50,635 nt of DNA from Octopus bimaculoides (lineage: Eukaryota), in contig NC_068985.1 in the NCBI RefSeq assembly GCF_001194135.2, positions 124,155,996 through 124,206,630 on the forward strand, written 5' to 3'. The translations under genes and the position numbers were made by a program. The notes under the pieces are model-generated. The model did not search any database and had not been told where the DNA came from. It saw only the letters and a list, made by a program, of their open reading frames with translations. Below, piece by piece: positions 11,530-23,999 of the stretch (positions within the stretch are counted from its first letter, which is position 1; each line of letters opens with the position of its first letter).

Positions 11530-11944
11530 ACTCATTTACTTACGTGTTTCAGTCATTTTGACTGCGGCCATGCTGGAGCACCGCCTTTAGTTGAGCAAAT
11601 CGACTCCAGGACTTATTCTTTGTAAGCTTAGTACTTATTCTATCGGTCCTTTTTGCCGAACCGCTAAGTTACAGGGATGTAAACACACCAGCATCGGTTG
11701 TCAAGCGATGTTGGGGGACAAATACAGACACACAAACATATACACCTATACATATACACACACATATATATACATATATACGACGGGCTTCTTTCAGTTT
11801 CCGTCTACCAAATCCAATCACAAGTCTTTAATCGGCCCGAGGCTATAGTAGAAGACACTTGCCCAAGATGCCACGCAGTGGGACTGAACCCGGAATCAAT
11901 GTGGTTGGGAAGCAAGCTACTTACCTCGCAAGCCACCCCTACGC
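11530..11944 (-). mobile_element. SINE family B, full length
   Basis: Reverse complement carries tggcttgcgaggtaagtagc head, B-box gggttcagtccc, catcttgggcaagtgtc and the 3' tail ggcggtgctccagcatggccgcagtc. Confidence 0.9.
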
Positions 11945-12249
11945 TCATGTTTGCCTACTATCCAAAATGTGGATTTGTATACAAGCATCATGCAATCTTA
12001 CTCAGTAGGAAAATGAATCCCCTTCTTATCAGCGGATGTAAGACTTCCTTTTGCCGCCCCCGCCACCTGTTCTTATTCTGGCTACTGTGCTTTCAGAACA
12101 ACATGCTTCTATTGCTGATTAAGTCACTTAGGTAACAGAAACCGTGATTACTTCTAAGAAGACACCTGATCACTTGGCAACAACATTTTGTGGATGTAGT
12201 TAATATTGTCTACTCTATCTACTCTTCTCCGTCGGCTAAATGCGAAGTC

Positions 12250-12522
12250 TGCTTCTGTCATCTTGACTGCGATCTGCTATTTTAAATGATCAACAATGGT
12301 TGTAAAGTATTTGAAACACAGATAATCTACCGATCCATCTTCAAACGAAGACTTCGTAAACAGAACTTAACTTCAATTTTAGACACTTTTCTAACTGAAG
12401 ATGTTTCTAACATCGGCACTAGGGTTCGTTTGTCTAAAGACGGACTTGCAAATCACATGAGAAATCATGACGGCATTTACTAATTAAAAAGAGAGCCTTC
12501 ATCGGCAAAGAACTAGTTGGCA

Positions 12523-12525
<3 letters not shown>
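12250..12525 (+). mobile_element. RTE (BovB-like) LINE 3' end with decayed terminal C2H2-like motif
   Basis: ORF 12286-12483 INNGCKVFETQ...RVRLSKDGLANHMRNH resembles the RTE C-terminus (G...FE ... CxxCxRxCxSxxGLxxHxRxH); short 3'UTR then a (TG)n tail. Confidence 0.6.
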
Positions 12526-12562
<37 letters not shown>

Positions 12563-13158
12563 ATGACAAGGGGGCTTCCAAAGGTATCTGAAATCCTGGG
12601 GCCATTCGTTGTTGAGTTTGATTAGTGTAAAAAGTCACAATTCAGAACCCCACAGTGATTAGTCATTAAGTTTCGTTTATCTATACTGCAACTGTGTTGA
12701 GATGACGGTAGGTCTGTCGGGGTGCAGAGAGATGTAGGTATCTCAGTTTATTGTGACTTTTCTTCAAGTTTTTTCCGCGTGTGAAGAGTGATGGCACACT
12801 TATCGGCGAGACTTGATACCCTAGACGAAATTTGAACTCAGAACGCAAAAAAAAAAAAGAANNNNNNNNNNNNNNNNNNNNNNNNNNNNNNNNNNNNNNN
12901 NNNNNNNNNNNNNNNNNNNNNNNNNNNNNNNNNNNNNNNNNNNNNNNNNNNNNNNNNNNNNNNNNNNNNNNNNNNNNNNNNNNNNNNNNNNNNNNNNNNN
13001 NNNNNNNNNNNNNNNNNNNNNNNNNNNNNNNNNNNNNNNNNNNNNNNNNNNNNNNNNNNNNNNNNNNNNNNNNNNNNNNNNNNNNNNNNNATATATATAT
13101 ATATATATATATGTATGTAGGTATGAATATTCGTGGTCTGATCAATAAATATATATCA

Positions 13159-13199
<41 letters not shown>

Positions 13200-14228
13200 A
13201 AAACTTATGTGTTAGTGTGTATGTGTGTGTGATATCTGCATTCGTATGTGTATATACAAATGTATACACAAGTATTTATGCTTGTGTGTGTGTATGTGTG
13301 TGTGTGTATGTGTTATGCGTGTATGTGTGTAATGTATGTATGTATGATGTATCGATGTATGTATCGTTGTATGCATGTGAATATGTATTTTAATATGTAT
13401 CTAAGTATATGTATTTATGCCATCGTTGTAAAAAATGAATAAAAATATGCCGGAGCATAATCGAATATTACAATGGTGAAACAATAATGGCAAGCTGCGC
13501 GGAAGGATTCAACACCTTTTAACTTGTCATCCTGACACCACCTTTATATCCAGGACCAACCCACCTTTTATATTTTCTCACTTCTAGACTTTAGCCAATC
13601 ATACTTTCCAAATTTCCATATACTTTTCTCTCAGAGCTCTCACTTAATTTACTGCATTAAAAAAAATAAAGCAAAGCAGAGGAAAAAATAATGAAAAACT
13701 ACTAGCAAACAAATAAGAACAAACAATATCTAAATAGTTATTGCGTATTACTAATGGCGGTATCACAAAAAAACACTTCTGCTGGTTGGCACAAAGCAAA
13801 GTAAAAACATAATTCCCATATGACTCAGTCAATATGTGTGTATATATGTATTTGTGTGTCTGTGTGTATGCCTGTATGCATATGTGTGACTATCGTAAGC
13901 ATAAATATAATAATCTGATATGATATAATTTAAAACACATAACAATACCACACTAACAACAAGAACTAAAGTTAGTTATATAGAAAAGTCGATCTTTGAA
14001 GTGTCTATGAATCGCATATGTATGTATGTATGTATGTACGTATGTATGTATGTACGTACGCACGTATGTATACACATATTTATAAATATACACATATATA
14101 TACACACACACACATATATCTATATGCGAAAACATAAATATGTATACATACATATGTACGTGTGTATATATACATACATCTATATATATTCATATATATA
14201 TATACATATATGTATATCAATATATGGT

Positions 14229-14282
<54 letters not shown>

Positions 14283-14559
14283 TGCGCTATATGCGCACGG
14301 AGAAAGAGCAGTAACCCGCTTTACTTGATATAGACATTAGTTTGCGATGATGCTGGAGCACCCTCTGAGCTTATGCATCTGCGCGCGCACGTGTGTGTGT
14401 GTGTGTGTGTAAGTATGTATGTATATATGATATATAGTATAATTATAAATATATGCATACATGTATATATACTCATACTTATATATATATATATACATAT
14501 GTATATATGTTATCAATAACACTCTTACAAAAATATACTTTTCAACCCGCCAAAACGAA

Positions 14560-14995
14560 TGGAGCTTTGGCGAAGAAGAATTGATGACATCTGGCTGCAT
14601 TCGATGCTCATCGAGTATTTCTGCCTTGAACCGTAAGATCCACTCCTTTTTGTGTCAGCAGATGTGACCAACTTTCTGCTTATCATCTCCTCCTGGCTTC
14701 CACTTTAACCCCTCTTTTTTGTCCCATAAAGAGCAAGACGCTCTTCCTGCTGCCTCTCACATTCTGCGCTCTGCCACCCTTCACTCTTTTCCTATCATTC
14801 CAATGGCTGTAAACATCTTCTATACTGACTGGATGTGGAATCCCCTTCAGCCAACCTCGAATGGCAAAAGCCAAGACTTCCATCCCTTCTGTCTACAACT
14901 CTGCATAAGGTGCTTGTACTTATCGCCCTTCCACTCGTAATCCTGACCACACCCGTTTTCCCATGAAACTTTAAAGCCCAATCAAGTTTATTTTT
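14560..14995 (-). mobile_element. HERO-like (R2-group, REL endonuclease) LINE 3' end
   Basis: Minus frame from 14966: VSWENGCGQDYEWKGDKYKHLMQSCRQKGWKSWLLPFEVG*RGF...EAAGRASCSLWDKKEGLKW fits the HERO-type REL C-terminus (VPWE..KxxKY..L...C...GW.....EVGxRGF...EAAExAS.WLW); several stops. Confidence 0.8.
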
Positions 14996-15009
14996 CTTAC
15001 TATTCATCT

Positions 15010-15574
15010 GGCCTCAGGGTTGTATGAACGACCTGGAAAAACTGCAGTCTCCTCCCTAGATCCGAAAATCGTGTCACTGCGACGTATCAGCTCCTGGATA
15101 AAGCTGAAACGGTTAACCATGTATTCCCTAGAACGAAAGCGGGTAAGATTTATAGTGATATACATCTGGAAAATCCTAGAATGATTTGTACAAAACTCTG
15201 ACATTGAAAGATATACATACAGCAGAACGGGGCGCGACTGCCTAGTGCCAAAGGTCCCAACATCTTCATTAAGATACAGGACTAGATATTGCAACAGCTT
15301 GGATTTCAAAGGCTTACAGCTCTTAAACATCGCCCGTAAAAGCCTAACAGACCTGCATGGGGTGGATGTAGGTGTTTTCAAATAAAAACTGAGTATCCTC
15401 TTGTCAAGAGTTCCGGAAGATCTTACCTCGCAGCAGGAAACGCAGAGAAGGGCAGCAGCACCAAACTCCCTCATTCACCAAATGCCACATATCAGTGGAG
15501 GTTTCAAGTAGTGAAGTTATAGCAAAGCTAACGGCGATGCCCCAGTATGGCAGCAGCTCTCGTGATGAAACTAG
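15010..15574 (+). mobile_element. CR1/L2-group LINE 3' end
   Basis: One frame from 15089 to 15511: SSWIKLKRLTMYSLERKRVRFIVIYIWKILE*...FK*KLSILLSRVPE...RAAAPNSLIHQM matches the LxxLxLYSLERRR..IY.WKILEG motif; short 3'UTR then a (TAGA)n tail. Confidence 0.85.
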
Positions 15575-15648
15575 ATAGATAGATAGATAGAGATAGATAG
15601 AGACAGACAGACAGACAGACAGGCAGACAGGCAGACAGACAGACAGAC

Positions 15649-15696
<48 letters not shown>
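15572..15696. repeat. (TAGA)n/(CAGA)n microsatellite, LINE tail
   Basis: Seen directly, abutting the LINE 3' end. Confidence 0.9.
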
Positions 15697-16379
15697 GCAC
15701 CACACACACACACACACATACACACCACCACCACCACACCACACCTTTGTGCACGCGTGCAAGCGTTTTAAAGGGCTTCGACTTTTGCACGCTTACATCA
15801 TATCTACCAGCTTTACTTTCTCTCCATAACGGAATGTTCGTACACCCGCTGTGTGTTCTGAATGTTACATAACTGTATAAAAATAACTGTAGCTGTTTAT
15901 ATTGTATAAGTTGATTGTTTCCTTTGTAAATTCTACAAGCTCGTTAACGACTGCTCTCGCCCGATATCTATGTCAAATATCTGATTTATACATAGATACA
16001 CGGGTAATTATAATTCATATCCTGTTGCTTCATTGAATTTTGAACATAGAATTTCGGTGCAAAACTGGTCTGTAGTTTAATCGGTCTGACTGCTGCTGGT
16101 CCAGTGGAATCGAAATACTTACGAATCTCATGTCTATGAAGGAAGGTAAATAATGTTAGATTATCCAGTAAAGCGTTTATAATTGATACTTTGTTGGTTC
16201 TGGACGTTTAGAAAAGCTGTGGTATAATCGGTAACACAGCTGTCCAGTAAACAACAGATACGGGTTTCGAGCATGGAAAATGGTTCTGCACATTTCTTCA
16301 TTCTTATGTTATACTTATAAATTGTTTTATATTACGCACGCGCACGTACGCACACACACACTCAGACAGACAGGCATGC

Positions 16380-16414
<35 letters not shown>

Positions 16415-16419
16415 GAGGT

Positions 16420-16458
<39 letters not shown>

Positions 16459-17800
16459 NNNNNNNNNNNNNNNNNNNNNNNNNNNNNNNNNNNNNNNNNN
16501 NNNNNNNNNNNNNNNNNNNNNNNNNNNNNNNNNNNNATATATATAGATAGATAGATAGATAGATAGATAGGTATACTCATATGATCCAATAAAAAAATAC
16601 ATGTATGCGTGTTGAGTAATGCGAATGGATGGGACCGGCAGCATTTCTTCACGTACCTTGGTTTTATGTTCAAGTGATTAAGCTTTCCAGTCTCACGAAA
16701 CAGGTGTACATTATACAAAGCAGTAATTCTGACTAGGTTTTCTGTGTACCTTATCCATATACACACACATATACATACATACATACATACATACATACAT
16801 ACATACGTACATGCATACATACATATGTACACCAAAGTATGCACACATACCCTATCTCCCTTATCTGCACTCCCAAATGCACATATGCGCCTACTGTCAA
16901 CATTTTGCCTGTGAATATGAATAAGTGTGCGAGAGAAAGAGATAGTAGTGGTTTATGTTCGAAAGTATGGAGAGAGGTAGACGATGTTGCTTCGCACGTA
17001 CGGAAACTGTGTAGCTTCAGTTGACGATGGCATGAAACACAAAAATTAAACCTATGCAGAATAATGTATGTATAAGCTTCGTTCTCTAGTACATCAGCAA
17101 AAAATGATGTCACATAGATAAATGCTAATAGAGTTAGTGTTAGAACGGCAAATATTTGAGTTGCTTCAAATGAGTTCTAAATGAATAAGCTGAAATAGAA
17201 TGTGATCCTTTTGAAGAACAACATTCGATAAAGATCTACGCTTGTGATTGCGGTCATACAATAAAAGTCGTATTGTGCGATTAGTTTAAAATTAGATATA
17301 CATCAGTGAAAATAAACATTCTGAAACTAGCTACATTAAGTAGTATTCAACACAGATTTCACTGAAATGAAACCTATTTTATACAATGTACCCAGTAAAC
17401 TTTCGTGCACTCAAAACATATCAGTTCACATATTTTCTTTGATCTATAGTTTACTTTCATTTCAAACACTTGAATTCTAGACATTAAAAAAAACAACAAC
17501 AACAACAACAAAAACGTTAACTCTGGATTTTATGGCGATCAGAAATGTTGATTCAAGTGCATCTGTAATCGATTTTTCCTGTTTGAAAATATTTTTAATG
17601 AGTAATCGCTTGCATTACTTTCAGGATATTTGATTCTTATTTAATATATGTATTTTTTGTTTAAACACCAAACGACTTGTCTTCTGTGAATGAGAGCTCA
17701 GTCACGTTTGCTTATTTTTGTTGAAAATGGCTTTTGATGATGGTGACTATAGAACGCTTGTCGTTCTGTTACCGTCTCTTTTTATATTCTACGATTTCAG

Positions 17801-17824
17801 CTGAAATTGCAACACGAGGAGGAT
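17801..17824 (+). other. Candidate 24-nt microexon
   Basis: ctctttttatattctacgatttcAG | 24 nt | GTGAGT; open in two phases (LKLQHEED or xEIATRGGx); no homology recognised. Confidence 0.3.
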
Positions 17825-19241
17825 GTGAGTAGAATGTGTCAATTTCGAATTTCACACTTCCGTTTCGATAAAATACATACCGGAAATACATTCTAGATTG
17901 GGTCGTTGGCAAAACTGAACATCAGTTCTTTCCTGTGTTGCCCGTAACAAAGGCACTTGACTCTCCACATCTGAGTCCAACTCGTATTTTCTTTTATATG
18001 AATTGCAGAGCGACGTAATTTGCTGCAGCAAGAAATGGCAGCACTGGGGGAAGACAAGCGTCTTGTTCACTCACTGAACATAGTTTAGTTCCCTTCCCAA
18101 GGAAAAATATCTGCAAAAGATAACTCATAGCCAGCAGAAAAGTTATCTTTTATCGGCTAAACGCTACCAAAACTAGATACAAGCTCTAATTCTATGCAAT
18201 GCATCGATTCGGCTAGCTTTTATCACTTTCAGTATACTAGGAACGATTAACTCTTGCTACTATACATTTCTCTAACGGTTATTGGTTTGTATCTAGTTGA
18301 AAGACATCAGAAGACGGTGTAAGGACGGCAAAAGATAGGAACTATGAGAAAACTGATTATAAAACATGGCTGTATCATTTCATATTGACTGTGCGTTGAA
18401 TGATTTGTGACAAAAAAGAAATATCAAATTATTTGTGAGGAGAAAAGGGCAGTCGTGGAATTGGAGTTGGAGAATACTGATACAGTTAGTTTAGGCGAAT
18501 TAGGTATTAAGCTATAAGCTCATGGGTCACCATTTCAAATTTACTGCAGGAATCTCCTTATACTTCCAGGAAGAACATACTACGTCATATACGCCTCACC
18601 TTACTTAACTGTTAGGAATATATACATATCGATATGGATTCAGTTAAACTAGCCGGCTGTCATTGATCACCATATGAAAATGAAATCAGTTCAACTATCG
18701 CGAATCTGAGCTTTGTTCAAATAACTATCAGGAATAGATACTGGAAAACAATTCCCTTAATTGTCTAGTTCAACCTAGGCTTGACTTACTTAACTATCGA
18801 GAATAGAAGCCATATCTATCCGAGCTGTTGGTTACATGCTTCAGCAGATCCCTCCGAATTCTATGCATTTAACTGTTGGGAACAGATACCGGCCAAAAAT
18901 AATATACAAGCGAGCAATATGAGTGACCGAAAGTATTTCAAAGAATCATTCTCCTATTAAGTATGCATAAGATTAAGTCTCACTTACATTATATATTGTG
19001 AGTTTGAAAACATGACTGAGTTTATCCATGCAGTTAGTAAACAAAAACCTAAATGTGTTGAAAAATCTAAAAGCAACGCACGAAGATAACACCCGATGAA
19101 GACAGAAATAGTTCTTGTCTTTAAAGGCAACAAACGTATTTCGTTCTTGTTAAGCCTCGCCAGCGAAGCATATTCTACCCAGTTGGCAAGACTTGGCAGT
19201 GTTCATTATATGTATATAGAAGAGAAAAAGTAAAATAGGGG

Positions 19242-19410
19242 AGGCGGCGAGCTAGCAGAACCATTAGCATGCCGAACAAACAGCTTAGCGGCATTTCCTC
19301 TGGCTTTAGGCTCTGAGATCAGATTCCGGCGGGTCGACTTTGCCTTTAACCCTTTCGAGGTCGATAAAATAAGTACCAGTTGAGCACTGGAGTCAATATA
19401 ATTGAATATA
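19242..19410 (+). mobile_element. SINE family A
   Basis: Head aggcggcgagctagcagaacc, core gtcgactttgcctttaaccctttcgaggtcgataaaataagtaccagttgagcactgg. Confidence 0.85.
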
Positions 19411-19856
19411 AACAGAGGCAACGTTGTGAACGCTGATTATGAATATCTCAAATATGGCTAACAGAAAATTCCTCAGGGGAGCTTACTGTGTATTAAATAC
19501 TTTAGGGTAGGGGATTGGATTTGTAATGCAATAAGCTAGGAAAACATCGACTGCCTGCGAGCTTAATAGACAAAAACAAGTAAGGGAAACAACTGCAATA
19601 GGATCAACTAATTGAAACACTTGAAGAATAATGATGAGAAAAATAGGTGTGGATTTTGTTTTAAAAGTTAGCAGGTGGAAGCAACAATGATATATATAAA
19701 AACGCAGATACATACATACACACGTACACACACACGCGCAAACATAAATTATACACTTAGAAACACAGATATACATCCTCATGTATATCAGTATACGCAC
19801 GTGTGTATGTGTATACGTGCGTGTATATATATATATATACAAACAGAAACGTGTAT

Positions 19857-19927
<71 letters not shown>

Positions 19928-19954
19928 TGTGTGTGTGTATGTGTGTGTATGTGT

Positions 19955-19994
<40 letters not shown>

Positions 19995-20816
19995 ATGTGC
20001 ATATATAATCGTATGCAAGCATACTTATATGCTTAATCAGAGCAAGAGAGGATGATAAAATGAAAGATAGGCAAGAAAGCGGACGAGAGCAGACAGAGGG
20101 AAACAGAAAGGAGGGGTGAGAGAAAGAGACAGGTAGACAGAAACAGAGACAGCGAAAGGGAACGGAGAGTGGTGATAGTCACTTCTGCATAAGAGCTGGT
20201 CTAAATATTTAATCGTTGGCTGCTGGCTGGAGCTATCGAATAGCTGGTGACAATGGCTCAAAGTTAATGAACGATTGATTTATTTCGGCCTCGATGTAGT
20301 GTCTAGAGGAAGGTGTTTGATGGGGGTGAATACGTACGTGTGCGCGCATATGTACACATACATACAAACATACATACATACACACACACACACACATATA
20401 TATATATACAAATACATACATAGGTACATATATATGTATTTATAAATATATGCATACACATATACACATATGGATATATATATTGTGTGTAAATATCTAT
20501 ATATATATATATTTAAACATACACACCTATATATATGAATATTTATATGTATGCATACATTACATACATACATACATACATTACATACATACACACAAAA
20601 AACACACCTGTACACTTGTATATGCGTATATGCAGATGTAGCATTAGAGGTACCGAAGGACAATCAATAAAGTATTGATATTTTAACGGAATGAATGAGC
20701 TGCAAGTAGTTTAGGTAAGTAGGTAGATTATTAGGTAGGGTAGTACGATTGGTTGATAGATAGGTTCATAGACATATAGGTTGATAGGTATGTAACTGGA
20801 TAAACATTATGCATGC

Positions 20817-20855
<39 letters not shown>

Positions 20856-21059
20856 NNNNNNNNNNNNNNNNNNNNNNNNNNNNNNNNNNNNNNNNNNNNN
20901 NNNNNNNNNNNNNNNNNNNNNNNNNNNNNNNNNNNNNNNNNNNNNNNNNNNNNNNNNNNNNNNNNNNNNNNNNNNNNNNNNNNNNNNNNNNNNNNNNNNN
21001 NNNNNNNNNNNNNNNNNNNNNNNNNNNNNNNNNNNNNNNNNNNNNNNNNNNNNNNNNNN

Positions 21060-21122
<63 letters not shown>

Positions 21123-21180
21123 GCATGCATTGACAAATATGTGTCTATATATGAATGTATATATGTATATACGTGTATAC

Positions 21181-21532
21181 TCCTTTACTCCTTTACTTGT
21201 TTCAAATCGATCCCAGGACTTATTCTTTGTAAGCTTATGTACTGATTGCATCGGTTCTCTTTTGCCGAACCGCTAAATTACGGGGGCGTAAACACACCAG
21301 CATTGGTTGTCAAGCGAGGTTGGGGAGACAAACACAGACACACATACATATATAAATGTACATATATACGACGGGCTTCTTTCAGTTTCCGTCTACCAAA
21401 TCCACTCACAAGGCTTTGGTCGGTCCGAGGCTAGAGCAGAAGACACTTGCACAAGGTGCCATGCAGTGGGACTGAACCCAGAACCATGTGGTTGATAAGC
21501 AAGCTACTTACCACACAGCCACTCTTGCGCCT
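21181..21532 (-). mobile_element. SINE family B with ~45-nt 3' internal deletion
   Basis: Complete head (aggcgcaagagtggctgtgtggtaag) and body; lacks attcgact...aaatgact relative to the 37.7-kb copy. Confidence 0.9.
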
Positions 21533-22000
21533 ATATATATANNNNNNNNNNNNNNNNNNNNNNNNNNNNNNNNNNNNNNNNNNNNNNNNNNNNNNNNNNN
21601 NNNNNNNNNNNNNNNNNNNNNNNNNNNNNNNNNNNNNNNNNNNNNNNNNNNNNNNNNNNNNNNNNNNNNNNNNNNNNNNNNNNNNNNNNNNNNNNNNNNN
21701 NNNNNNNNNNNNNNNNNNNNNNNNNNNNNNNNNNNNNNNNNNNNNNNNNNNNNNNNNNNNNNNNNNNNNNNNNNNNNNNNNNNNNNNNNNNNNNNNNNNN
21801 NNNNNNNNNNNNNNNNNNNNNNNNNNNNNNNNNNNNNNNNNNNNNNNNNNNNNNNNNNNNNNNNNNNNNNNNNNNNNNNNNNNNNNNNNNNNNNNNNNNN
21901 NNNNNNNNNNNNNNNNNNNNNNNNNNNNNNNNNNNNNNNNNNNNNNNNNNNNNNNNNNNNNNNNNNNNNNNNNNNNNNNNNNNNNNNNNNNNNNNNNNNN

Positions 22001-22033
<33 letters not shown>

Positions 22034-22270
22034 GTAATACTGATATCATTAGTCTTAACGCTAAGGTATCTGCAAATGAAAACAATATACTAAGCGCAAA
22101 CAGGAACATATACACACGCGCACACGCGCACACGCACACGCACAAATACGAACAAACACACACATACACACACATAGAGCCACAGAGGGAGAATGATAAA
22201 GGGATAGTCGGAACACGATGGATCAATTGTGTGGATAGGTCAATAAGTACGTACATTAGAATACATGTAT

Positions 22271-22327
<57 letters not shown>

Positions 22328-22332
<5 letters not shown>

Positions 22333-22358
22333 CGGGAACCTTTTGATACCACCTCGTA
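22328..22358. mobile_element. Solitary mariner terminal inverted repeat
   Basis: 29/31 identical to the right TIR at 47930-47960 and ends in TA; embedded in (TA)n. Confidence 0.8.
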
Positions 22359-22592
22359 TACATATATATATATATAAAGAATTTGAATAGCATACAAAGA
22401 GGTAGATAGAATAAGGTTTTTAGAATGACATCTAGACTGTTATACTAACAGAATTGGTTTTAGGTATTCTAATTGGTACAAAATGCGTGATTGTTTGCGA
22501 AATTAATGTATGTGATTGAGGATATGTGTGTGGATGAGTGTACCTATAACTCTGCGTTTGTGTGTGTGTATATATGTGTCTGCGCGTGCGCA

Positions 22593-22623
<31 letters not shown>

Positions 22624-22834
22624 CATAGGATTAGCATTGGATATTTAACGACGAGTACTTATTTAAAGGACTCACTTCTAACAACAAAATTGAATATGAT
22701 GGCCGACTATAACTTCAAATTTCTTTTCTTGCGGCTTAAAAACAAGTCTATTAACACTTAATTTGTGTGTGTGTGTTTGTGTGTAATGTTGTGTGGTATG
22801 AGTGTGTGTGCGCATGCGTGCGCGCACGTTGTGT

Positions 22835-22871
<37 letters not shown>

Positions 22872-23177
22872 GACATGCATGTCTGAGTGATATTTTTGCG
22901 AGCACTGTAAATTACATGGAAAAGTAACTACTGGACACATTCTGCGACACGGCCTCAATTCACCGGTTCATTGTTATATCCACCTTACATTACTGCATTC
23001 ATTACAATATTAATACTTGTGGGAAATGTTTGAATATCAATGCTTCTTCCAATGTCCTGTCCTGTCTCGTCGCCATTTTAAACTATGTGTCCACATAGGA
23101 AATCAATGTTATTATTGTACAGATATTCCAGTAACACATCTTCCCACCTAATGATTGTGCGTGGTGGGTGGGTGTGT

Positions 23178-23233
<56 letters not shown>

Positions 23234-23542
23234 CTGTGTGTGTGTGTGTGGTGCTGTGTGGTGTGTATGTACGTGCTAAAATGCGTTCAATGAGACTCAC
23301 CGTGGAGCTGTTTATATGAACAGAAAAAACATATCCCTGTAAATGAAGGCACAATTAATGATGCATTACACGTACACAAATATAGATATGCGAATATATG
23401 TACTTACGTATACATACATATGCGTATACATACAGAAAGAAGTTATATACGTATGTATGTATGCATCAATATATCTATGTATATATATAAATAAACACAT
23501 ACGTATAAAATACATATACACATATACACGCATCTAAATATG

Positions 23543-23605
<63 letters not shown>

Positions 23606-23896
23606 GTGTGTGTGCGTGTGTGTGTGCGTGTGTGTATACACGTAAATATATATATAATATACGCACACACATATTAACACACGCGCACACGTACACACCC
23701 ACTAACACATACACATATACATATGTGTGCGTGTGTGTATGTGTGTGTGTGCATCAGTGTGTGTGCGTAGAGGAAAGACAGAGAGAAAAAGATGTATGGA
23801 CATTGAACTTGCGGAATCTGGAAAATGTAAAGATTTGCTTTTGTACAATTATATTTAACTCTTATGGCGTCCTTTGGTTCAAGAATTGCTATGTAG

Positions 23897-23999
<103 letters not shown>

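Noticed and set aside
12565-12846. Possible mariner-like MITE between (TG)n and the gap
   Set aside because: Terminal sequences do not form a convincing inverted repeat; only a SINE A B-box remnant at the right end is recognisable.
15004-15474. 156-aa minus-strand ORF
   Set aside because: Antisense to the CR1/L2-group LINE fragment, whose motifs are on the plus strand.
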